Shown here piece after piece: positions 26,047-33,559 of a stretch of 40,364 nt of DNA. The notes under the pieces are model-generated. The model did not search any database, was not told the DNA's origin, and saw only the letters and a program-made list of their open reading frames with translations. Positions within the stretch are counted from its first letter, which is position 1. The number at the start of each line of letters is the position of its first letter. This DNA comes from a virus. Taxonomy: Duplodnaviria > Caudoviricetes. Position numbers and translations under genes: made by a program. The stretch lies in IMG/VR virus record IMGVR_UViG_3300044652_000018, positions 1-40,364 of that record. One strand, written 5' to 3'.

Positions 26047-27377
26047 CTTTTGACCCGACGAAACCGCTGCCCGCATCCGGCGAAAAGCTTCCTTCACCCG
26101 GCATCTTCCCGCTGCCTTTTCCGCTCAACGAGGACCAAGACCGGGCAGTCACCGCCATGGTCGAGTTCCTCGACCGCAAGTGTCCCGAAGAATTCTTCGT
26201 CCTCCGAGGCCCAGCAGGCACCGGCAAGACCTACTGCATTAAAGACCTCGTTAATCGCCTCAAGGGCCGTCTGGTCTTCACCGCGCCGACGAACAAGGCG
26301 ACGAAGGTCCTGCGCGAATCCGTGACCACGGACGGATACAAGCCGGACTGCCGGACGATCTATTCACTGCTCGGCTTGCGCCTGGAACCCAATGGCGAGA
26401 TTAAAGAAATCGCTGCTCCAGAAGATCCAATCGACCTGTCGAAGTTCTTCGCCGTCGTCGTGGACGAAGGCTCGATGGTCAACGCGTTGCTGATGAAATA
26501 CATCACCCTCGCTGCACGTGAGCAGCAGGTCAAGTTCATCTTCATGGGCGACCCGGCTCAGCTCCCGCCAGTCAAGGAACTCCGCTCGCCAATCTGGGGC
26601 CTCGACTGCCCCCAGGCCTCTCTGACAAAGGTCATGCGCCATGACAATCAAATCCTCAAGCTCGCAACCACGCTTCGTGGTAAAGTGGATCACCCTGCGC
26701 CATCCATCCAAATCGCCTCTGACAATGACGCTGGAGAGGGCATCTGGCGGCTCGGCAAGCAGGACTTCGCAACGGCCCTTGTCAACGCCGCCGCCGCCGG
26801 ACAGTTCAGCTCCGGCCACGCCAAGGCCATCGCCTGGCGTAACATTACGGTCGATCAGCTCAATCGCTGCATCCGCAACGCGATTTTCGATGACCCGCAG
26901 CAAGACTGGCTGGTCGGTGACCGTCTCATTATGCTGGAACCCGCCCGAGACCGCGACGGTGAACCTATGGCTTCTACGGATGATGAAGGGACTGTCCAAA
27001 GAGTGTCGATCGCATATCATCCGCTATATGGCGAGTATAAGTGCTGGGCGCTCAGTGTCGCCTTCGATGACAATCGAACAGACACGGTTTGGTTACTCCA
27101 TGAGGACAGCCGAGCCGCGTACGAGTCCGAGGTTGAGAGCCTTGCTGCAGCAGCCAGAGACAACCGCCGACTCTGGCCGAGGTTCTGGGAGTTCAAGGAA
27201 GCGTTCCATAAAGCCCGCTACGCCTACGCGATCACCGCGCATCGGAGTCAGGGAAGCACTTACGCCGATGCCTACGTTGATTACCAAGACATCCTCTTGA
27301 ACAGGAACAGGCAGGAGGCCTTCCGCTGCCTCTACGTCGCCGTCACGCGCCCGCGCAAGAGATTGTTCCTCGCCTAG
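26043..27377 (+). CDS. SF1B Dda/RecD-like DNA helicase
   Basis: GPAGTGKT, APTNKA, DEGSM, GDPAQLPPV, AITAHRSQGST, YVAVTR. Confidence 0.92.
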   Translation: MTFDPTKPLPASGEKLPSPGIFPLPFPLNEDQDRAVTAMVEFLDRKCPEEFFVLRGPAGTGKTYCIKDLVNRLKGRLVFTAPTNKATKVLRESVTTDGYKPDCRTIYSLLGLRLEPNGEIKEIAAPEDPIDLSKFFAVVVDEGSMVNALLMKYITLAAREQQVKFIFMGDPAQLPPVKELRSPIWGLDCPQASLTKVMRHDNQILKLATTLRGKVDHPAPSIQIASDNDAGEGIWRLGKQDFATALVNAAAAGQFSSGHAKAIAWRNITVDQLNRCIRNAIFDDPQQDWLVGDRLIMLEPARDRDGEPMASTDDEGTVQRVSIAYHPLYGEYKCWALSVAFDDNRTDTVWLLHEDSRAAYESEVESLAAAARDNRRLWPRFWEFKEAFHKARYAYAITAHRSQGSTYADAYVDYQDILLNRNRQEAFRCLYVAVTRPRKRLFLA

Positions 27378-27405
27378 TGACAACTGGCGGAAACCATGCG
27401 ATAAT
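27377..27405 (+). promoter_or_regulatory. Sigma70-like promoter
   Basis: GTGACA-17 bp-GATAAT upstream of 27438. Confidence 0.5.
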
Positions 27406-27437
27406 ACGATCGTTTTATAACCTAACTGAGGCCCAAA

Positions 27438-27662
27438 ATGCAACCATTGGAAGTGCAACAGGAGCTGGCGCTGCTCCGGATCAAGAGCCGCGAAGGGACG
27501 CTGTCGCAAGAGGACTGCCGGCGGGCGCTGAGCCTGATGCGGGAGAGCCGGACGCTTGCGGCGGCAACGAGCGAGAAGGCGGCGACGAAGCGAGCCGCGA
27601 GCACGGCGAAGAAAAACATCAACTCGGACGATCTGCTGTCGCAGCTCGACGACATTGCCTGA
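27438..27662 (+). CDS. Hypothetical protein
   Basis: GAGG RBS; 74 aa with a basic middle and acidic tail. Confidence 0.7.
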   Translation: MQPLEVQQELALLRIKSREGTLSQEDCRRALSLMRESRTLAAATSEKAATKRAASTAKKNINSDDLLSQLDDIA

Positions 27663-27688
27663 TAGGCAGAAAGGCGAAGGGGATTGAA

Positions 27689-27886
27689 ATGAAGCTCAAA
27701 TACATTCTGACAACAATCGGGGAAGAGGGCGTCAAGCCAGCTGTCTCCGTTGGCTACGAAGGCGCGAATGGCGACACCATCCACGTGGTGCTGTCGGAGG
27801 CAGCCAGCCGGGCGGTCGTGGCGCAGATCAGCGAGATGGCCTGCGAGTCGCTCATCGGGCTGCGGGGGACAATGAATGTCTACTAA
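27689..27886 (+). CDS. Hypothetical protein
   Basis: AAGGGGA RBS, MKLKYILTT...; the C-terminal part of the 27377 ORF. Confidence 0.6.
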   Translation: MKLKYILTTIGEEGVKPAVSVGYEGANGDTIHVVLSEAASRAVVAQISEMACESLIGLRGTMNVY

Positions 27887-28916
27887 TGCCGTCCGCCCGA
27901 TGTTCCCGCATTGCATCGACAGCACGATGCTCGCGGCGTTTCGCTCTTGCCCCCAGAAGATGTTCCGCCACTATGTAGAGCACTGGAAAGCCAAGAGCGA
28001 ATCCGTCCATCTGATCGCCGGCGGGGCGTTCGCCAAGGGGATTGAAATCGCGCGCCACGCTTACTACGAAGGCGTGGCAATGACAGCTTCCATCGCCTAC
28101 GAGCCCGACGAAGTAACCGGTGAACTCAAGCGGAAGGTAACGTGGCTGGAAGAGAGCTGCGAGTTCCACAATCGAGAGCTGGCAGAAGAGCTTGGCCTGT
28201 CGGCGTTGCTGGCTGCGTACGGGGACTTCGAATGTCCCCCGGACAGCGCAAAGAGCGCCGAACGCACCGCCGGTGCCCTGGAATTCTACTTCGAGAACTA
28301 CCCTCTGGGCAATGACGGCACCGAGCCGGTACTGCTCGCCGGTGGCAAACGTTGTATCGAGTTCAGCTTCGCGGAACCTTTGGAAATCGTGCATCCCGTA
28401 ACAGGCGATCCTATCCTCTACACCGGGCGCAGCGACATGATCGCCCACATGGCCAACGGGGTTTACATCTTCGACGAGAAGACGGCCAGCCAGCTCGGGC
28501 CTTCGTGGTCCCGGCAATGGGACATGCGGAGCCAGTTCACAGGCTATGCCTGGGCCGCGCAACGGCAGGGGATGGAAGTCGACGGCGCGATCGTCCGGGG
28601 CGTGAGCATTCTCAAAACCAAGTACGACACCCAGCAGGCAATCACCTATCGCGGCGACTGGGAGATTGAGCGTTGGTATGCCCAACTGCATCGGGATGTC
28701 GCCCGCATGATCCAATGCTGGGCCGACGGCTGGTGGGACTACAACATGGACAGCGCTTGCGCGGAGTACGGCGGTTGCGGGCTGACCCGCATTTGCAAGT
28801 CCAAGGACCCCGAAGCCTGGCTGCCGATGGATTTCGAGCGTCGGGTCTGGGACCCGCTGGCGCGCCGCCAGATGACTGTTGAGGAGTGGGAAAGGAGCTG
28901 GGGTCATGCAGGCTAA
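27876..28916 (+). CDS. PD-(D/E)XK Cas4/AddB-like exonuclease
   Basis: N-terminal SCP plus C-terminal C-x5-C-x5-C (Fe-S staple); GRSD...FDEKT and QFTGY catalytic motifs. Confidence 0.85.
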   Translation: MSTNAVRPMFPHCIDSTMLAAFRSCPQKMFRHYVEHWKAKSESVHLIAGGAFAKGIEIARHAYYEGVAMTASIAYEPDEVTGELKRKVTWLEESCEFHNRELAEELGLSALLAAYGDFECPPDSAKSAERTAGALEFYFENYPLGNDGTEPVLLAGGKRCIEFSFAEPLEIVHPVTGDPILYTGRSDMIAHMANGVYIFDEKTASQLGPSWSRQWDMRSQFTGYAWAAQRQGMEVDGAIVRGVSILKTKYDTQQAITYRGDWEIERWYAQLHRDVARMIQCWADGWWDYNMDSACAEYGGCGLTRICKSKDPEAWLPMDFERRVWDPLARRQMTVEEWERSWGHAG

Positions 28917-29094
28917 ACCTTTCGACTACACCATCATCCGGCGCAGCCTCTCAACGGAAACGCTCCGCGGTACCTTCCCCCGGGGCTGGTCACAGCAAGA
29001 TCTGCTCCAGCGCTTGCGCGCACCGCTTGGCGGCCGGATGAACTACTTCTCCTCGGAAAAGGGGGAGTTCGAGTATCAGCGCTTCACGGATTAG
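28906..29094 (+). CDS. Hypothetical protein
   Basis: AAGGAG RBS; MQAKPFDY... Confidence 0.55.
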   Translation: MQAKPFDYTIIRRSLSTETLRGTFPRGWSQQDLLQRLRAPLGGRMNYFSSEKGEFEYQRFTD

Positions 29095-29102
29095 CCGCGA
29101 AA

Positions 29103-29136
29103 ACCGATCGAACTACCCGACCGTATTCCGGTCGGT
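29103..29136 (+). promoter_or_regulatory. Double-dyad element copy 6
   Basis: ACCGATCGAA-CTAC-ccgacc-GTAT-TCCGGTCGGT, intergenic. Confidence 0.8.
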
Positions 29137-29165
29137 TTATCCAGTCACAGTGAGGACTGCCTGCC

Positions 29166-29528
29166 ATGAACGCCATTTTCACCCAGCTCTTCTTCGCCGA
29201 GGGACGATTGCTCGGAAGCTGCCAGCGCCCGCATATCTCCCGCGCCGGGCGGCTCGAAGCCCCGGACAGCCTGCTGTTCTTCTGCGACTGCTGCGGCGAA
29301 GTCTACGCCAAGGCGCCTGTAACCACGGCGGCGAATCACGTGAGCCCCTGGCAGTCCATCCGCCGCCGTTGCTCGCGCTGCGGGCTCCGCAATTCCTTCG
29401 AATTCCCATTTCTCTGCCCCGGTAGCATTATCTGCTACTCGGACAGCGACTATATTGCCGCGCTACCAGTGCCGGTGTGGCAGTACGAAACCGAAAGGCA
29501 CTTTCAAGCTATGGAGAAACTGAAATGA
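29166..29528 (+). CDS. Cys-rich putative zinc-binding protein
   Basis: GAGGA RBS; CDCCG...CSRCG. Confidence 0.7.
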   Translation: MNAIFTQLFFAEGRLLGSCQRPHISRAGRLEAPDSLLFFCDCCGEVYAKAPVTTAANHVSPWQSIRRRCSRCGLRNSFEFPFLCPGSIICYSDSDYIAALPVPVWQYETERHFQAMEKLK

Positions 29529-30097
29529 CGAACGACAAGATGCAAGGGACGCTCAAGGAAACCCTCACGCATACCATGCAGTGGGCAAACACCTGCTACC
29601 CAACCGAGGACCAGAAGCTCACCAGCCCGGTCGTGCAGGTCATCGGCCCCGACGGCTGCACTCCACGCCTCCGCAGCTATGCGGAGTTCGTCGGCAGCCT
29701 GTTCAAGTGCATGGACACGCATGCGGCAAGCTGCGCGCACGCTGCCTTCGGCGTTGTCGGGGAATCCGGTGAGCTGGCTGACGCCGTCAAGAAATACTGG
29801 GTTTATGGCAAGCCAGTCGATCGCGCCAACATCGTCGAAGAACTCGGCGACCTGCGCTTCTACATGCAGGCTTTGCAAAACCTTCTCGGCATCACGGATC
29901 AGGAGGTCATTCTCAACAACGCTGAAAAGCTCCGCAAGCGCTATCCCACAGGCCAGTACAGTGACAAGGCCGCACAAGTCCGTCTGGACAAGCAAACAGC
30001 CCCGGCGTGCGTCGGAAGTGATAACGCGCTGGCCGACTCGGCCCTTGCTGTTACGAGGCAAGTCGGCGGTGTGAAAGGAGGCAACAATGTCGGCTGA
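29525..30097 (+). CDS. MazG-like NTP pyrophosphohydrolase
   Basis: GESGELADAVKK...EELGDLRFY...NAEKLRKRY; ATG 29525 overlaps the upstream stop. Confidence 0.88.
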   Translation: MTNDKMQGTLKETLTHTMQWANTCYPTEDQKLTSPVVQVIGPDGCTPRLRSYAEFVGSLFKCMDTHAASCAHAAFGVVGESGELADAVKKYWVYGKPVDRANIVEELGDLRFYMQALQNLLGITDQEVILNNAEKLRKRYPTGQYSDKAAQVRLDKQTAPACVGSDNALADSALAVTRQVGGVKGGNNVG

Positions 30098-30929
30098 TCT
30101 CAAGTCCACCCTCCCTGGCTTCAACTGCCTCTTGATGGGCCCAGCAGGCACCGGCAAGACACACGCCATCGGGACCTTGGTCGACTCCGGCGTCGAGGTC
30201 TTCTACCTCGCCCTCGAGCCTGGTCTGGAATCCCTCCTCGGCTACTGGACCGACAAGGGCAAGGAGGTCCCGGCCAACCTCCACTGGCATACCCTCGCCG
30301 CCCCGAAGGCCTCTTTCGGCGACATGCTGGCCTCGGCCAAGTCCATCAACACTCTCAGCCTGGACGCACTCGCCAAGATGGCCGATCCCAACCGCTCCAA
30401 GCACAACCAGTTCATCACTCTCCTGGAGGCCCTAAATGACTTCCCCGATGACCGAAGCGGAACGCGTTTTGGCCCTGTCGATAAGTGGGCTCCTAACCGC
30501 GCACTGGTTATCGACGGGATGGCAGGACTCGGACGTGCTGCAATGTCTCTCGTCGTTGGAGGTAAAGCAGTTAAATCACAGTCCGATTGGGGTATCGCTC
30601 AGGATCAGCTGGAAAAACTCCTGCGGGCTCTGTGTGACAACTGCGCATGCCACTTTGTCCTCATTGCACACGTTGAACGGGAAACCGACATGGTCCTCGG
30701 CGGAGTTAAGCTTATGGTTTCAACGCTCGGTCGCGCCCTGGCTCCAAAAATCCCGGCCATGTTCTCCGACGTTGTACTCACAGTGCGTAGCGGAGACAAA
30801 TGGACCTGGGACACCGGCTCCGTCCAGGCCGATGTGAAGACCCGCAACCTGCCGATCAAGGCCGACAACCCACCGTCGTTTGCGCCGGTAGTGGAGAAGT
30901 GGAAATCCCGTGGCGGGGTGCTGTCGTGA
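30087..30929 (+). CDS. AAA_24 / Sak4-like ATPase
   Basis: GPAGTGKT, LVIDG, DWG, LIAHVE, FSDVV; neighbours an SSB-like gene and the exonuclease. Confidence 0.8.
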   Translation: MSADLKSTLPGFNCLLMGPAGTGKTHAIGTLVDSGVEVFYLALEPGLESLLGYWTDKGKEVPANLHWHTLAAPKASFGDMLASAKSINTLSLDALAKMADPNRSKHNQFITLLEALNDFPDDRSGTRFGPVDKWAPNRALVIDGMAGLGRAAMSLVVGGKAVKSQSDWGIAQDQLEKLLRALCDNCACHFVLIAHVERETDMVLGGVKLMVSTLGRALAPKIPAMFSDVVLTVRSGDKWTWDTGSVQADVKTRNLPIKADNPPSFAPVVEKWKSRGGVLS

Positions 30930-31126
30930 AGCAATTCCACCCTTTCCGTAGCGACAGCGCGGGCGGAGACTTCTCTGACTTTTTCGGGGAGTTCCTGTTG
31001 ATCGTCGCCATCTGCCTGGGGGCCTGGCTCATCGTCGACGCTGTGATCGACTCCCTCCCTTCCCATCCCACCCACACCCCAGCAAAGGACCGCGCCCATG
31101 CCACGCAGCTTGCGACGACTCGTTGA
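30926..31126 (+). CDS. Small membrane protein
   Basis: GTGA overlap; hydrophobic FLLIVAICLGAWLIVDAVI. Confidence 0.5.
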   Translation: MKQFHPFRSDSAGGDFSDFFGEFLLIVAICLGAWLIVDAVIDSLPSHPTHTPAKDRAHATQLATTR

Positions 31127-31316
31127 AGACTTCTTCGCCTCCGGCGACGACTTCGAAGACGCCCTCGACGAAGCTGTCCGCCGTACCACCAGCGCTCGTG
31201 CACTCGACTTCCTCATCGACCTGCGGAAAAGCTGGGAACAATGGGGCATGCGCTGCAGGCTGTCCGAAAACCAGTACGATTACCTGTGCCGTCTCGCAGA
31301 CATCGACCCAACGTAG
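31098..31316 (+). CDS. Hypothetical protein
   Basis: AAGGA RBS; FLIDLRKSWEQWG...LSENQ..YL. Confidence 0.65.
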   Translation: MPRSLRRLVEDFFASGDDFEDALDEAVRRTTSARALDFLIDLRKSWEQWGMRCRLSENQYDYLCRLADIDPT

Positions 31317-31337
31317 CAATCTCTGTGCCGCGGGCCG

Positions 31338-31366
31338 TTGACGGTTGTCAATTCCTGCGGTACAGT
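31338..31366 (+). promoter_or_regulatory. Sigma70-like promoter
   Basis: TTGACG-17 bp-TACAGT upstream of the SSB-like gene. Confidence 0.7.
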
Positions 31367-31437
31367 TCACATCCCGGCAAATGCCGGATTTCAACCCTCA
31401 GCCGCTAACGCCGCTACCACAATCTGGAGAAACTGAA

Positions 31438-31887
31438 ATGTTTGACGCCAATTCCTTTCTGAACATGTCGACAACCGAAGCCAACGACACCAAGCTGGTT
31501 CCCGTTCCCGAAGGCGAATACACGGCCATCGCCACCGAAGTCAAGGCCGACACGTGGCAGTCCAAAGCCGATCCGTCCAAGGCCGGCCTCAAGCTCCTCG
31601 TGACCTGGGACATCGACTCGCCGGACCTGAAGCAAGAGCTCGGCCGCGACAAGATCACCGTCCGCCAAGACATCATGCTGGACACTACCGAGTCCGGTGG
31701 CCTGGACATGGGCAAGGGCCGCAACATCGGCCTGGGCAAGCTGCGCGAGGCCGTTGGTCTGAACGTGCCGGGGCAGGCTTTCGCCCCGTCGATGATCCAA
31801 GGCCGCGCCGCCAAGGTTCTCGTCAAGCACCGCGTCGTCGACGACAACATCTACGCCGAGGTCAAAGCCGTCGCACCGATGGCCTAA
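31438..31887 (+). CDS. DUF669-like single-stranded DNA-binding protein
   Basis: GGAGA RBS; PVPEGEYTAI, LGKLREAVG, VLVKH and YAEVKAV fit OB-fold phage SSBs that accompany Sak4. Confidence 0.7.
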   Translation: MFDANSFLNMSTTEANDTKLVPVPEGEYTAIATEVKADTWQSKADPSKAGLKLLVTWDIDSPDLKQELGRDKITVRQDIMLDTTESGGLDMGKGRNIGLGKLREAVGLNVPGQAFAPSMIQGRAAKVLVKHRVVDDNIYAEVKAVAPMA

Positions 31888-31908
31888 CGGCCAGTCTGCA
31901 GTACCCAG

Positions 31909-31932
31909 CGGGCGCTTCGTGCGCCCGTTTTT
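31909..31932 (+). terminator. Rho-independent terminator
   Basis: CGGGCGC-ttcgt-GCGCCCG-TTTTT. Confidence 0.85.
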
Positions 31933-31973
31933 GCTTCCACCGGCCTCGTGCCAGCAATGAAAGGCTCTCGCCC

Positions 31974-32150
31974 ATGCACCCTCAATTGTCTGCCCGCGCA
32001 ATCGCCGCGAGCTTGGGGCCGTCCGGCCCGATGTATATCCCCCATGTTTTGCGGCCCGTGTGGGCACGATGCGCCCCATTGCCGGGGATTCCCCGTATCG
32101 ATTTCCCCATCATCCACACGGCCACTCTACCGAAAGTGACCGCCAAATGA
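31974..32150 (+). CDS. Possible 58-aa Pro-rich protein
   Basis: GAAAGG RBS; its stop overlaps the methyltransferase start (ATGA). Confidence 0.4.
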   Translation: MHPQLSARAIAASLGPSGPMYIPHVLRPVWARCAPLPGIPRIDFPIIHTATLPKVTAK

Positions 32151-33559
32151 CAAAACTCTACAAGATTGAAGACATCGTTGTAACCGAAGGCCGCCAGCGC
32201 CAAGAGTTCGAGCCCGAGGCTATGCAGGAGCTGTTCCAGTCGATCGAGAAAAATGGGCTGCTGCAAGCCCCTGGCCTGCGAAATGCGTATGACCAGCGGG
32301 TACTGGTGTTCGGCGAACGCAGGCTGCGGACTGTTGCCGACCTCCATGCGCTGGGTATCCCCGTGCGGTTCGAAGGCAACATCGTCCCGCCGGGTATGAT
32401 TCCCTGCACAAACCTGAGCGAGCTCTCCCCACTGCAAGCCGAGGAAATCGAGCTGGACGAAAACCTCAAGCGAAAGGACCTCACGTGGCAGGAACATGCG
32501 GCGGCGGTGCAGCGGCTGCATAACCTCCGCACAGCGCAGCTGACCACCAGCCGCGAGGAACTCTCCGCTGAGACGGGGCTGCCGGCTGTCGACACCAAGT
32601 GGACCGTCGCCGACACCACTCGGGAGCTTTACCCCGAGCAGTCCAAAGGCCGGTCGAACAGCGAACTCGGCTCCCTGGCGGACGGCGTGCGGAAGGAAAT
32701 CCTCGTAGCGCAGCACCTCGACAACCCTGTCATCGCAAAGGCGAAGAGCACAGATGAAGCATTCAAGCTCCTCAAGCGAGAAGAAGAACGCAAGCGGGAC
32801 CTCGAGCTCGCGGCCAGCGTGGGAGCATCCTTCAACGCCAGCATCCATGAGCTCCATAATGCAAACTGCCTTCACTGGATGGACCTCGAAGAAAATCGTG
32901 GCCGATTCGACGTTATCCTTACCGATCCTCCATATGGTATGGGAGCGGACAGTTTCGGCGATGGAGCAGGCCGTTTATCAGGAATTGATCACCAGTACGA
33001 CGATTCCTACGAGGCTTGGCAGGTTCTTATGCGCCAGTGGGCACCCCTGTCCTACGCCGTCGCGGCTGCCCAAGCTCACGCCTATGTGTTCTGCGATATC
33101 GACCGCTTTCACGAGCTCAAAGCGTTGATGCAATCCGCGGGCTGGTACGTCTTCCGCACGCCATTCATCGTCCACAAGATCAACTCGGGGCGTGTGCCCC
33201 TTCCCGACCGAGGCCCTCGCCGCCAATATGAAATCCTACTCTATGCAATCAAGGGCAATAAGCCGGTCACGCACATTTACCCGGACGTTCTCAGTTCCCG
33301 TGCGGACGAGTCCATGTCCCACGGCGCGCAAAAGCCGGTTGCGGTGTATCAGGACCTTCTCAGCCGGTCGGTACGAGCTGGTGATACCGTACTGGACTGT
33401 TTCGCGGGGTCGGGTACGATTTTTCCTGCAGCGCACACCTTTAAGTGCAAGGCGGTTGGACTGGAACTAAACCCCGAATACTACGCGATGGGGCTGAAAC
33501 GGCTGCAGACCATCGAAGAGGAGCTGAACCGCAGCCCGGAGCTAGAGGGGCTGAAATGA
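32147..33559 (+). CDS. ParB/Srx-domain - N6A/N4C DNA methyltransferase fusion
   Basis: N-terminal SIEKNGLLQAP, GERRLR and ENLKRKDL; C-terminal TDPPY before DCFAGSGT (beta-class order), with HGAQKP. Start ATG 32147. Confidence 0.92.
   Translation: MTKLYKIEDIVVTEGRQRQEFEPEAMQELFQSIEKNGLLQAPGLRNAYDQRVLVFGERRLRTVADLHALGIPVRFEGNIVPPGMIPCTNLSELSPLQAEEIELDENLKRKDLTWQEHAAAVQRLHNLRTAQLTTSREELSAETGLPAVDTKWTVADTTRELYPEQSKGRSNSELGSLADGVRKEILVAQHLDNPVIAKAKSTDEAFKLLKREEERKRDLELAASVGASFNASIHELHNANCLHWMDLEENRGRFDVILTDPPYGMGADSFGDGAGRLSGIDHQYDDSYEAWQVLMRQWAPLSYAVAAAQAHAYVFCDIDRFHELKALMQSAGWYVFRTPFIVHKINSGRVPLPDRGPRRQYEILLYAIKGNKPVTHIYPDVLSSRADESMSHGAQKPVAVYQDLLSRSVRAGDTVLDCFAGSGTIFPAAHTFKCKAVGLELNPEYYAMGLKRLQTIEEELNRSPELEGLK

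Noticed and set aside
27876-28916. Cas4 as part of a CRISPR-Cas system
   Set aside because: No array or other cas genes; its context is a Sak4/SSB recombination module.
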